64,000 nucleotides of DNA. Source: the human T2T-CHM13v2.0 reference genome, Homo sapiens. The stretch lies in assembly GCF_009914755.1 (NCBI RefSeq), contig NC_060937.1. One strand, written 5' to 3'. The translations under genes were made by a program, and so were the position numbers. Below the pieces are notes generated by a model, which ran no database searches, was not told the DNA's origin, and saw nothing but the letters and a program-made list of their open reading frames with translations. Shown here in pieces: positions 15,001-29,265 of this stretch; positions within the stretch are counted from its first letter, which is position 1, and every line of letters starts with the position of its first letter.

Positions 15001-15990
15001 GGAGTTTCTAAGAATGCTTCCATCTGAATTTTATGTGAGGATATTTCCTTTTTCACCATAGGCCTCAATACACTCCAAATATCCATTTACAGATAATACA
15101 AATGACTGTATCCAAACTGCTCAATCAAAAGAAAGTTCAACTCTGTATGATGAATGCACACATCACAAGGGTGTTTCTCAGAAAGATTTTGTCTAGTTTT
15201 TAGGTGAAGATATTTCTTATTTCCCCAGAGGCCTCAATGGGCTCTCAAATATTCCCTTTCATATTCTACTAAATGACTGTATCGAAGCTGCTCAATCAAA
15301 AGACGGGTTTAACAGTGTGAGACGAAAATACACCTTCCTAGGAAGTTTCTCAGAATTCTTCTTTCTAGTTTTTTATGTGAAGATATTTCCTTTTCCACTA
15401 TAGGCCTCAAAGCGTTCCAAATATCCACTTGCAGATACTACAAATAGAGCGTTTCAAAACTGCTCAATCAAAAGAAAGGTTCAACTCTGTGAGATGAATG
15501 CAGACATCAAAAAAACTTTCTCAGAATGCTTCCGCCTTGTTTTTATGTGAAGATATTTCCTTTTTCACCATAGGCCTCAAAGCACTGGTAATATCCATTT
15601 GCAGATACTACAAAAAGACTGTTCCCAAACTGCTCAATAAAAAGAAATTTTCAACTCTATGAGATAAAAGCTAATATCACAAAGAAGTTTCTCAGAAACT
15701 TTCTATCTAGTTTTTATGTGAACATATTTCTTATCACCCCATAGACCTCAATCGGCTCACAAGTATCCTTCTGCAGATTGTAAAAAACTACTGTTTCCAA
15801 ACCGCTCAATCACAGGAAAGGTTTAACTCTGTGAAATGAATGCATCCATCACAGAGAAGTTTCTCAGAATGCTTCCGTCTCGTTTTCATGTGAAGAAGAT
15901 TCCTTTTCCACCATATTCCTCATGCGCTCCAAATAAACACTTGCAGATTCCGCTAAAAGAGTGTTTCAAAACTGCTCAATCAAAAGAAAG
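12077..15990 (-). repeat. HOR copy 4, canonical 23-mer
   Basis: Marker spacing 12197 to 16111 = 3914. Confidence 0.93.
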
Positions 15991-18900
15991 GTTCTAGTCG
16001 GTGAGATGAATGCACACATCCCAAAGAAGTTTCTATGAATGCTTCTGTCTGATTTATATTGAAGATATTTCCTTTTTCACCGTAGGCCTCAGAGTGCTTA
16101 AAATATCCATTTGCAGATACTAGAAAAGACTGTTTCCAAACTGCTCAATCAAAGTAAAGTTCAACTCAGTGAGATGAATGCACACATCACCAAGACGTCT
16201 CTGAGAAAGATTCTGTCTCGTTTTTATGTGAAGATATTTCCTGTTTCCCCAGAGGCATCAATGGGCTCACAAATATTCCTTTGCATATTCTACAAAATGA
16301 CTGTTTAGAAGGTGCTCAATCAAAAAAAAAGTTCAACAGTGTGAGATGAATGCGCCCATTCAAAGGAAGTTTCTCAGAATTCTTCTATCTAGTTTTTATG
16401 TGAAGATATTTCCTTTTTCACTATAGGCCACAAAGTGCTCCAAATATCCACTTGCAGACTATACAAAACGAGTGTATCCACACTGCACAATCAAAAGAAT
16501 ATTTCAACTGTGTGAGATGAATGCACACATCTAAATAAATTTCTCCAAAACTTCTGCCTACTTTTTATGGGAAGATATTTCGTTTTTCAACGTAGGCCAA
16601 AAGCACTCCAAATATCAATTTGCAGATTCTACAAAAAGACTGTTTCCAAACTGCTCAATCAAGAGAAAGTTTCAACCCAGTGAGTAGAAGTCACACATGA
16701 CAAAATAGTTTCTCAGAAAGTATCTGTCTAGTTTTTATGTGAAGATATTTCCTATCACCCCAGAAGCCTCAATGGTCTCACAAATATTCCTTTGCAGATT
16801 CTACAAAACGACAGTTTCAAAACTGCTGAATCAAAAGAAAGGTTCAACTCTGTGAGATTAATGCACAGATCACAAATAAGTTTCTCAGAATGCTGCTGTC
16901 TAGTTTTTATCGGAAGAGATTTCCTTTTCCACCATAGGCCTCAAAGCTCTCCAAATAGCCATTTGCAGATACTGTAAAAAGACTGTTTCCAAACTGCTGA
17001 ATCAAAAGAAAGGTTGAACTCCATGAGTTGAATGCACACGTCACAAAGAAGTTTCTCAGAATGCTTCTGACTAGTTTTTATGTGAAGATATTTTCTTTTC
17101 CACCGTAGGCCTCAAAGCGCTGAAAATATCCACTTGAAGATTCTACCAAAAGAGAGTTTCAAAACTGCTCAAACAAAAGAAAGATTCAACTCTGTGAGAT
17201 GAATGCACACATCACAAAGAAGTTTCTCAGAATGCTTCTGTCTAGTTTTATGTAAAGATATTTCCTTTTCTACTATAGGCCACAAAGCACTCCAAATATC
17301 AACTTGCAGATTCTGCAGAAAGAGTTTTTCAAAGCTGCTCAATCAAAAGAAAAGTTCAACTCTTTGAGATGAATGCACACATCATGAAGTTCCTCAGAAT
17401 GCTTCTATTTTTATGTGAAGATATAGCCTTTTCTACCATAGACCACAAAACGCTCCAAATATCCCCTTGCAGTTTCTACTAAAAGAGTGTTTCCAAACGG
17501 CTCAATCAAAAGAAGTTTCAACTCTGTGAGATGAATGCACACATCATTAAGAAGTTTCTCAGTAATTTTCTGTCTAGTTTTTATGTGAAGATATTTCCTT
17601 TCCTACTATAGGCCTGAAAGTGCTCCAAATATCCGTTAGCAGATACTGCAAAAAGACTGTTTCCAAACTGCTCAATCAAAGGAAATGTCCAACTCTGTGA
17701 GTTGAATGCACGCATCTCAAAGAGATTACTTATAATGATTCTGTCTAGTTTTGATGTGAAGATATTTGCTTTTCCACCAGTGGCCTCAAACTCTCCAAAT
17801 ATCCACTTGCAGATTCTACAATAAGAGTGTTTCAAAACTGCTCAATCAAAAGAAAGGTTCAACACTGTGAGATGAATGCACACGTCACAAAGCACTTTCT
17901 TAGAATGCTTCTGTCTAGCTTATATGTGAAGATATTTCTTTTTCACCATAGGCTGCAAAGCGCTCCAAATATCCCTTTCAGATTCTACAGAAAGAGTGTT
18001 TCAAAACTGTTCAATCAAAAGAGAAATTCAACTCTGGTGATGAATGCACGCATCACAAAGCAGTTTCTCATAATGTTTCTGTCTAGTTTTTATGTGAAGA
18101 TATTTCATTTTCCACTATAGGCCGTAATGCACTCCTAATATCCACTTGCAGATTCTACAGAAAGACTGTTTGCAAACTGCTCAAACAAAAGAAAAGTTCA
18201 ACTCTGTGAGTTGAATGAGCACATCACAAAGAAGTTTCTCAGAATGCTTCTGTCTAGTTTTTATGTGAATATATTTCCTTTTCTACTACAGGCCGTAATG
18301 CGCTCCAAATATCCACCTGCAGATTCTACAAAAAGACAGTTTCCAAACTGCTCAATCAAAAGAAAAGTTCAACTCTGTGAGTTGAATGAGCACATCACAA
18401 AGAAGTTTCTCAGAATGCTTCTATCTAGTTTTTATGTGAATATATTTCCTTTTCCACCACAGGCCAAAAACACTCCAAATATCCACTTGAAGATTCTACA
18501 AAAAGAGTGCTTCAAAAATGCTCAATCAAAAGAAAGGTTCAACTCTTTGAGATGGATGCACACATCACAAAGAAGCTTCTCAGAATGTTCCTGTCTAGTT
18601 TTTTTGTGAAGATATTTCCTTTTCCACCGTAGTCCTCAAGTCTCTCCAAATATCTACTTTCAGAATCTCCAAAAAGAGTGTTTTAAAACTGCTGTACCAA
18701 AGACATTTTCATGTCTGAGATATGACTGCATACAACACAGAGAAGTTTCTCAAAGTGCTTCTGTTTATTTTTTTTATGAAGATATTTCCTTTTCCACTAT
18801 TGGCCACAGAGTGCTCCAAATATCCACTGGCAGATTCTACAAAAAGAGTGTTTCAAAACTGCTCAATCAATAGAAAGTTTGAAGTCTGTGAGATGAATGC

Positions 18901-19903
18901 ACACATCACAAAGGAGTTTCTAAGAATGCTTCCATCTGAATTTTATGTGAGGATATTTCCTTTTTCACCATAGGCCTCAATACACTCCAAATATCCATTT
19001 ACAGATAATACAAATGACTGTATCCAAACTGCTCAATCAAAAGAAAGTTCAACTGTGTATGATGAATGCACACATCACAAGGGTGTTTCTCAGAAAGTTT
19101 TTGCCTAGCTTTTAGGTGAAGATATTTCTTATTTCCCCAGAGGTCTCAATGGGCTCTCAAATATTCCCTTTCATATTCTACTAAATGACTGTATCGAAGC
19201 TGCTCAATCAAAAGACGGGTTTAACAGTGTGAGACGAAAATACACCTTCCTAGGAAGTTTCTCAGAATTCTTCTTTCTAGTTTTTTATGTGAAGATATTT
19301 CCTTTTCCACTATAGGCCTCAAAGCGTTCCAAATATCCACTTGCAGAAACTACAAATAGAGCGTTTCAGAACTGCTCAATCAAAAGAAAGGTTCAACTCT
19401 GTGAGATGAATGCAGACATCAAAAAGAAGTTTCTCAGAATGCTTCTGCCTTGTTTTTATGTGAAGATATTTCCTTTTTCACCATAGGCCTCAAAGCACTG
19501 GTAATATCCATTTGCAGATACTACAAAAAGACTGTTCCCAAACTGCTCAATAAAAAGAAAGTTTCAACTCTATGAGATAAAAGCAAATATCACAAAGAAG
19601 TTTCTCAGAAACTTTCTATCTAGTTTTTATGTGAACATATTTCTTATCACCCCATAGACCTCAATCGGCTCACAAGTATCCTTCTGCAGATTGTAAAAAA
19701 CTACTGTTTCCAAACCGCTCAATCACAGGAAAGGTTTAACTCTGTGAAATGAATGCATCCATCACAGAGAAGTTTCTCAGAATGCTTCCGTCTCGTTTTT
19801 ATGTGAAGAAGATTCCTTTTCCACCATATTCCTCATGCGCTCCAAAGAAACACTTGCAGATTCCGCTAAAAGAGTGTTTCAAAACTGCTCAATCAAAAGA
19901 CAG
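15991..19903 (-). repeat. HOR copy 5, canonical 23-mer
   Basis: Marker spacing 16111 to 20024 = 3913. Confidence 0.93.
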
Positions 19904-21609
19904 GTTCTAGTCGGTGAGATGAATGCACACATCACAAAGACGTTTCTATGAATGCTTCTGTCTGATTTATATTGAAGATATTTCCTTTTTCACCGTAGGC
20001 CTCAGAGTGCTTAAAATATCCATTTGCAGATACTAGAAAAGACTGTTTCCAAACTGCTCAATCAAAATAAAGTTCAACTCAGTGAGATGAATGCACACAT
20101 CACCAAGACGATTCTGACAAAGATTCTGTCTCGTTTTTATGTGAAGATATTTCCTGTTTCCCCAGAGGCATCAATGGGCTCACAAATATTCCTTTGCATA
20201 TTCTACAAAATGACTGTTTAGAAGGTGCTGAATCAAAAAAAAAGTTCAACAGTGTGAGATGAATGCGCCCATTCAACGGAAGTTTCTCAGAATTCTTCTA
20301 TCTAGTTTTTATGTGAAGATATTTCCTTTTTCACTATAGGCCAGAAAGTGCTCCAAATATCCACTTGCAGACTCTACAAAACGAGTGTATCCACACTGCT
20401 CAATCAAAAGAAAATTTCAACTGTGTGAGATGAATGCACACATCAAAATAAATTTCTCCAAAACTTCTGCCTACTTTTTATGGGAAGATATTTCGTTTTT
20501 CAACGTAGGCCAGAAGCACTCCAAATATCAATTTGCAGATTCTACAAAAAGACTGTTTCCAAACTGCTCAATCAAGAGAAAGTTTCAACCTGGTGAGTAG
20601 AAGTCACACATGACAAAATAGTTTCTCAGAAAGTATCTGTCTAGTTTTTATGTGAAGATATTTCCTATCACCCCAGAAGCCTCAATGGGCTCACAAATAT
20701 TCCTTTGCAGATTCTACAAAACGACAGTTTCAAAACTGCTGAATCAAAAGAAAGGTTCAACTCTGTGAGATGAATGCACAGATCACAAATAAGTTTCTCA
20801 GAATGCTGCTGTCTAGTTTTTATGGGAAGATATTTCCTTTCCCACCATAGGCCTCAAAGCTCTCCAAATAGCCATTTGCAGATACTGTAAAAAGACTGTT
20901 TCCAAACTGCTGTATCAAAAGAAAGGTTGAACTCCATGAGTTGAATGCACACGTCACAAAGAAGTTTCTCAGAATGCTTCTGACTAGTTTTTATGTGAAG
21001 ATATTTTCTTTTCCACAGTAGGCCTCAAAGCACTGAAAATATCCACTTGCAGAAACTACAAATAGAGCGTTTCAGAACTGCTCAATCAAAAGAAAGGTTC
21101 AACTCTGTGAGATGAATGCAGACATCAAAAAGAAGTTTCTCAGAATGCTTCTGCCTTGTTTTTATGTGAAGATATTTCCTTTTTCACCATAGGCCTCAAA
21201 GCACTGGTAATATCCATTTGCAGATACTACAAAAAGACTGTTCCCAAACTGCTCAATAAAAAGAAAGTTTCAACTCTATGAGATAAAAGCAAATATCACA
21301 AAGAAGTTTCTCAGAAACTTTCTATCTAGTTTTTATGTGAACATATTTCTTATCACCCCATAGACCTCAATCGGCTCACAAGTATCCTTCTGCAGATTGT
21401 AAAAAACTACTGTTTCCAAACCGCTCAATCACAGGAAAGGTTTAACTCTGTGAAATGAATGCATCCATCACAGAGAAGTTTCTCAGAATGCTTCCGTCTC
21501 GTTTTTATGTGAAGAAGATTCCTTTTCCACCATATTCCTCATGCGCTCCAAAGAAACACTTGCAGATTCCGCTAAAAGAGTGTTTCAAAACTGCTCAATC
21601 AAAAGACAG
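19904..21609 (-). repeat. HOR copy 6, 10-mer variant produced by a 1706-bp tandem duplication
   Basis: Marker spacing 20024 to 21730 = 1706; chimeric monomer at ~21000-21080. Confidence 0.92.
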
Positions 21610-24600
21610 GTTCTAGTCGGTGAGATGAATGCACACATCACAAAGACGTTTCTATGAATGCTTCTGTCTGATTTATATTGAAGATATTTCCTTTTTCACC
21701 GTAGGCCTCAGAGTGCTTAAAATATCCATTTGCAGATACTAGAAAAGACTGTTTCCAAACTGCTCAATCAAAATAAAGTTCAACTCAGTGAGATGAATGC
21801 ACACATCACCAAGACGATTCTGACAAAGATTCTGTCTCGTTTTTATGTGAAGATATTTCCTGTTTCCCCAGAGGCATCAATGGGCTCACAAATATTCCTT
21901 TGCATATTCTACAAAATGACTGTTTAGAAGGTGCTGAATCAAAAAAAAAGTTCAACAGTGTGAGATGAATGCGCCCATTCAACGGAAGTTTCTCAGAATT
22001 CTTCTATCTAGTTTTTATGTGAAGATATTTCCTTTTTCACTATAGGCCAGAAAGTGCTCCAAATATCCACTTGCAGACTCTACAAAACGAGTGTATCCAC
22101 ACTGCTCAATCAAAAGAAAATTTCAACTGTGTGAGATGAATGCACACATCAAAATAAATTTCTCCAAAACTTCTGCCTACTTTTTATGGGAAGATATTTC
22201 GTTTTTCAACGTAGGCCAGAAGCACTCCAAATATCAATTTGCAGATTCTACAAAAAGACTGTTTCCAAACTGCTCAATCAAGAGAAAGTTTCAACCTGGT
22301 GAGTAGAAGTCACACATGACAAAATAGTTTCTCAGAAAGTATCTGTCTAGTTTTTATGTGAAGATATTTCCTATCACCCCAGAAGCCTCAATGGGCTCAC
22401 AAATATTCCTTTGCAGATTCTACAAAACGACAGTTTCAAAACTGCTGAATCAAAAGAAAGGTTCAACTCTGTGAGATGAATGCACAGATCACAAATAAGT
22501 TTCTCAGAATGCTGCTGTCTAGTTTTTATGGGAAGATATTTCCTTTCCCACCATAGGCCTCAAAGCTCTCCAAATAGCCATTTGCAGATACTGTAAAAAG
22601 ACTGTTTCCAAACTGCTGTATCAAAAGAAAGGTTGAACTCCATGAGTTGAATGCACACGTCACAAAGAAGTTTCTCAGAATGCTTCTGACTAGTTTTTAT
22701 GTGAAGATATTTCCTTTTCCACTATAGGCCTCAAAGCGTTCCAAATATCCACTTGAAGATTCTACAAATGAGAGTTTCAAAACTGCTCAAACAAAAGAAA
22801 GATTCAACTCTGTGAGATGAATGCACACATCACAAAGAAGTTTCTCAGAATGCTTCTGTCTAGTTTTATGTAAAGATATTTCCTTTTCTACTATAGGCCA
22901 CAAAGCACTCCAAATATCAACTTGCAGATTCTGCAGAAAGAGTTTTTCAAAGCTGCTCAATCAAAAGAAAAGTTCAACTCTTTGAGATGAATGCACACAT
23001 CAGGAAGTTCCTCAGAATGCTTCTATTTTTATGTGAAGATATAGCCTTTTCTACCATAGACGACAAAACGCTCCAAATATCCCCTTGCAGTTTCTACTAA
23101 AAGAGTGTTTCCAAACTGCTCAATCAAAAGAAGTTTCAACTCTGTGAGATGAATGCACTCATCAATAAGAAGTTTCTCAGTAATTTTCTGTCTAGTTTTT
23201 ATGTGAAGATATTTCCTTTCCTACTATAGGCCTGAAAGTGCTCCAAATATCCGTTTGCAGATACTGCAAAAAGACTGTTTCCAAACTGCTCAATCAAAGG
23301 AAATGTCCAAATCTGTGAGTTGAATGCACGCATCTCAAAGAGATTACTCATAATGATTCTGTCTAGTTTTGATGTGAAGATATTTGCTTTTCCACCAGTG
23401 GCCTCAAACTCTCCAAATATCCACTTGCAGATTCTACAATAAGAGTGTTTCAAAACTGCTCAATCAAAAGAAAGGTTCAACACTGTGAGATGAATGCACA
23501 CGTCACAAAGCACTTTCTTAGAATGCTTCTGTCTAGCTTTTATGTGAAGATATTTCCTTTTTCACCATAGGCTGCAAAGCGCTCCAAATATCCCTTTCAG
23601 ATTCTACAGAAAGAGTGTTTCAAAACTGTTCAATCAAAAGAGAAACTCAACTCTGGTGATGAATGCACGCATCACAAAGCAGTTTCTCATAATGTTTCTG
23701 TCTAGTTTTTATGTGAAGATATTTCATTTTCCACTATAGGCCGTAATGCACTCCTAATATCCACTTGCAGATTCTACAGAAAGACTGTTTGCAAACTGCT
23801 CAAACAAAAGAAAAGTTCAGCTCTGTGAGTTGAATGAGCACATCACAAAGAAGTTTCTCAGAATGCTTCTGTCTAGTTTTTATGTGAATATATTTCCTTT
23901 TCCACTATAGGCCGTAATGCGCTCCAAATATCCACCTGCAGATTCTACAAAAAGACCGTTTCCAAAGTGCTCAATCAAAAGAAAAGTTCAACTCTGTGAG
24001 TTGAATGAGCACATCACAAAGAAGTTTCTCACAATGCTTCTATCTAGTTTTTATGTGAATATATTCCCTTTTCCACCACAGGCCACAAACACTCCAAATA
24101 TCCACTTGAAGATTCTACAAAAAGAGTGCTTCAAAAATGCTCAATCAAAAGAAAGGTTCAACTCTTTGAGATGGATGCACACATCACAAAGAAGCTTCTC
24201 AGAATGTTCCTGTCTAGTTTTTTTGTGAAGATATTTCCTTTTCCACCGTAGTCCTCAAGTCTCTCCAAATATCTACTTTCAGCATCTCCAAAAAGAGTGT
24301 TTTAAAACTGCTGTACCAAAGAAAGTTTCGTGTCTGAGATATGACTGCATACAACACAGAGAAGTTTCTCAAAGTGCTTCTGTTTATTTTTTTTATGAAG
24401 ATATTTCCTTTTCCACTATGGGCCACAGAGCGCTCCAAATATTCACTGGCAGATTCTACAAAAAGAGTGTTTCAAAACTGCTCAATCAATAGAAAGTTTG
24501 AAGTCTGTGAGATGAATGCACACATCACAAAGGAGTTTCTAAGAATGCTTCCATCTGAATTTTATGTGAGGATATTTCCTTTTTCACCATAGGCCTCAAT

Positions 24601-25522
24601 ACACTCCAAATATCCATTTACAGATAATACAAATGACTGTATCCAAACTGCTCAATCAAAAGAAAGTTCAACTGTGTATGATGAATGCACACATCACAAG
24701 GGTGTTTCTCAGAAAGTTTTTGTCTAGCTTTTAGGTGAAGATATTTCTTATTTCCCCAGAGGTCTCAATGGGCTCTCAAATATTCCCTTTCATATTCTAC
24801 TAAATGACTGTATCGAAGCTGCTCAATCAAAAGACGGGTTTAACAGTGTGAGACGAAAATACACCTTCCTAGGAAGTTTCTCAGAATTCTTCTGTCTAGT
24901 TTTTTATGTGAAGATATTTCCTTTTCCACTATAGGCCTCAAAGCGTTCCAAATATCCACTTGCAGATACTACAAATAGAGCGTTTCAAAACTGCTCAATC
25001 AAAAGAAAGGTTCAACTCTGTGAGATGAATGCAGACATCAAAAAGAAGTTTCTCAGAATGCTTCTGCCTTGTTTTTATGTGAAGATATTTCCTTTTTCAC
25101 CATAGGCCTCAAAGCACTGGTAATATCCATTTGGAGATACTACAAAAAGACTGTTCCCAAACTGCTCAATAAAAAGAAAGTTTCAACTCTATGAGATAAA
25201 AGCAAATATCACAAAGAAGTTTCTCAGAAAATTTCTATCTAGTTTTTATGTGAACATATTTCTTATCACCCCATAGACCTCAATCGGCTCACAAGTATCC
25301 TTCTGCAGATTGTAAAAAACTACTGTTTCCAAACCGCTCAATCACAGGAAAGGTTTAACTCTGTGAAATGAATGCATCCATCACAGAGAAGTTTCTAAGA
25401 ATGCTTCCGTCTCGTTTTTATGTGAAGAAGATTCCTTTTCCACCATATTCCTCATGCGCTCCAAAGAAACACTTGCAGATTCCGCTAAAAGAGTGTTTCA
25501 AAACTGCTCAATCAAAAGAAAG
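21610..25522 (-). repeat. HOR copy 7, 23-mer (one monomer carries a foreign ~45-bp patch at ~22711-22755)
   Basis: Marker spacing 21730 to 25643 = 3913. Confidence 0.92.
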
Positions 25523-28500
25523 GTTCTAGTCGGTGAGATGAATGCACACATCACAAAGACGTTTCTATGAATGCTTCTGTCTGATTTATATTGAAGATAT
25601 TTCCTTTTTCACCGTAGGCCTCAGAGTGCTTAAAATATCCATTTGCAGATACTAGAAAAGACTGTTTCCAAACTGCTCAATCAAAATAAAGTTCAACTCA
25701 GTGAGATGAATGCACACATCACCAAGACGTTTCTGAGAAAGATTCTGTCTCGTTTTTATGTGAAGATATTTCCTGTTTCCCCAGAGGCATCAAGGGGCTC
25801 ACAAATATTCCTTTGCATATTCTACAAAATGACTGTTTAGAAGGTGCTGAATCAAAAAAAAAGTTCAACAGTGTGAGATGAATGCGCCCATTCAACGGAA
25901 GTTTCTCAGAATTCTTCTATCTAGTTTTTATGTGAAGATATTTCCTTTTTCACTATAGGCCAGAAAGTGCTCCAAATATCCACTTGCAGACTCTACAAAA
26001 CGAGTGTATCCACACTGCTCAATCAAAAGAAAATTTCAACTGTGTGAGATGAATGCACACATCAAAATAAATTTCTCCAAAACTTCTGCCTACTTTTTAT
26101 GGGAAGATATTTCGTTTTTCAACGTAGGCCAAAAGCACTCCAAATATCAATTTGCAGATTCTACAAAAAGACTGTTTCCAAACTGCTCAATCAAGAGAAA
26201 GTTTCAACCTGGTGAGTAGAAGTCACACATGACAAAATAGTTTCTCAGAAAGTATCTGTCTAGTTTTTATGTGAAGATATTTCCTATCACCCCAGAAGCC
26301 TCAATGGGCTCACAAATATTCCTTTGCAGATTCTACAAAACGACAGTTTCAAAACTGCTGAATCAAAAGAAAGGTTCAACTCTGTGAGATGAATGCACAG
26401 ATCACAAATAAGTTTCTCAGAATGCTGCTGTCTAGTTTTTATGGGAAGATATTTCCTTTCCCACCATAGGCCTCAAAGCTCTCCAAATAGCCATTTGCAG
26501 ATACTGTAAAAAGACTGTTTCCAAACTGCTGTATCAAAAGAAAGGTTGAACTCCATGAGTTGAATGCACACGTCACAAAGAAGTTTCTCAGAATGCTTCT
26601 GACTAGTTTTTATGTGAAGATATTTTCTTTTCCACAGTAGGCCTCAAAGCGCTGAAAATATCCACTTGAAGATTCTACAAATGAGAGTTTCAAAACTGCT
26701 CAAACAAAAGAAAGATTCAACTCTGTGAGATGAATGCACACATCACAAAGAAGTTTCTCAGAATGCTTCTGTCTAGTTTTATGTAAAGATATTTCCTTTT
26801 CTACTATAGGCCACAAAGCACTCCAAATATCAACTTGCAGATTCTGCAGAAAGAGTTTTTCAAAGCTGCTCAATCAAAAGAAAAGTTCAACTCTTTGAGA
26901 TGAATGTACACATCAGGAAGTTCCTCAGAATGCTTCTATTTTTATGTGAAGATATAGCCTTTTCTACCATAGACCACAAAACGCTCCAAATATCCCCTTG
27001 CAGTTTCTACTAAAAGAGTGTTTCCAAACTGCTCAATCAAAAGAAGTTTCAACTCTGTGAGATGAATGCACTCATCAATAAGAAGTTTTTCAGTAATTTT
27101 CTGTCTAGTTTTTATGTGAAGATATTTCCTTTCCTACTATAGGCCTGAAAGTGCTCCAAATATCCGTTTGCAGATACTGCAAAAAGACTGTTTCCAAACT
27201 GCTCAATCAAAGGAAATGTCCAACTCTGTGAGTTGAATGCACGCATCTCAAAGAGATTACTCATAATGATTCTGTCTAGTTTTGATGTGAAGATATTTGC
27301 TTTTCCACCAGTGGCCTCAAACTCTCCAAATATCCACTTGCAGATTCTACAATAAGAGTGTTTCAAAACTGCTCAATCAAAAGAAAGGTTCAACACTGTG
27401 AGATGAATGCACACGTCACAAAGCACTTTCTTAGAATGCTTCTGTCTAGCTTTTATTTGAAGATATTTCCTTTTTCACCATAGGCTGCAAAGCGCTCCAA
27501 ATATCCCTTTCAGATTCTACAGAGAGAGTGTTTCAAAACTGTTCAATCAAAAGAGAAACTCAACTCTGGTGATGAATGCACGCATCACAGAGCAGTTTCT
27601 CATAATGTTTCTGTCTATTTTTTATGTGAAGTTATTTCATTTTCCACTATAGGCCGTAATGCACTCCTAATATCCACTTGCAGATTCTACAAAAAGACTG
27701 TTTGCAAACTGCTCAAACAAAAGAAAATTTCAACTCTGTGAGTTGAATGAGCACATCACAAAGAAGTTTCTCAGAATGCTTCTGTCTAGTTTTTATGTGA
27801 ATATATTTCCTTTTCCACTATAGGCCGTAATGTGCTCCAAATATCCACCTGCAGATTCTACAAAAAGACTGTTTCCAAAGTGCTCAATCAAAAGAAAAGT
27901 TCAACTCTGTGAGATGAATGAGCACATCACAAAGAAGCTTCTCAGAATGTTTCTGTCTAGTTTTTTTGTGGAGATATTTCCTTTTCCACCGTAGTCCTCA
28001 AGTCTCTCCAAATACCTACTTTCAGAATCTCCAAAAAGAGTGTTTTAAAACTGCTGTACCAAAGAAAGTTTCATGTCTGAGTTATGACTGCATACAACAC
28101 AGAGAAGTTTCTCAAAGTGCTTCTGTTTATTTTTTTTATGAAGATATTTCCTTTTCCACTATTGGCCACAGAGCGCTCCAAATATCCACTGGCAGATTCT
28201 ACAAAAAGAGTGTTTCAAAACTGCTCAATCAATAGAAAGTTTGAAGTCTGTGAGATGAATGCACACATCACAAAGGAGTTTCTAAGAATGCTTCCATCTG
28301 AATTTTATGTGAGGATATTTCCTTTTTCACCATAGGCCTCAGTACACTCCAAATATCCATTTACAGATAATACAAATGACTGTATCCAAACTGCTCAATC
28401 AAAAGAAAGTTCAACTGTGTATGATGAATGCACAAATCACAATGGTGTTTCTCAGAAAGTTTTTGTCTAGTTTTTAGGTGAAGATATTTCTTATTTCCCC

Positions 28501-29265
28501 AGAGGCCTCAATGGGCTCTCAAATATTCCCTTTCATATTCTACTAAATGACTGTATCGAAGCTGCTCAATCAAAAGACGGGTTTAACAGTGTGAGACGAA
28601 AATACACCTTCCTAGGATGTTTCTCAGAATTCTTCTTTCTAGTTTTTTATGTGAAGATATTTCCTTTTCCACTATAGGCCTCAAAGCGTTCCAAATATCC
28701 ACTTGCAGATACTACAAATAGAGCGTTTCAAAACTGCTCAATCAAAAGAAAGGTTCAACTCTGCGAGATGAATGCAGACATCAAAAAGAAGTTTCTCAGA
28801 ATGCTTCTGCCTTGTTTTTATGTGAAGATATTTCCTTTTTCAAAATAGGCCTCAAAGCACTGGTAATATCCATTTGCAGATACTACAAAAAGACTGTTCC
28901 CAAACTGCTCAATAAAAAGAAAGTTTCAACTCTAGCAGATAAAAGCAAATATCACAAAGAAGTTTCTCAGAAACTTTCTATCTATTTTTTATGTGAACAT
29001 ATTTCTTATCACCCCATAGACCTCAATCGGCTCACAAGTATCCTTCTGTAGATTATGAAAAACTACTGTTTCCAAACCGCTCAATCACAGGAAAGGTTTA
29101 ACTCTGTGAAATGAATGCATCCATCACAGAGAAGTTTCTCAGAATGCTTCCGTCTCGTTTTTATGTGAAGAAGATTCCTTTTCCACCATATTCCTCATGC
29201 GCTCCAAATAAACACTTGCAGATTCCGCTAAAAGAGTGTTTCAAAACTGCTCAATCAAAAGAAAG
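25523..29265 (-). repeat. HOR copy 8, 22-mer variant (1-monomer deletion)
   Basis: Marker spacing 3743; hybrid monomer GAATGAGCACATCACAAAGAAG-CTTCTCAGAATGTTTC at ~27916-27953. Confidence 0.92.
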
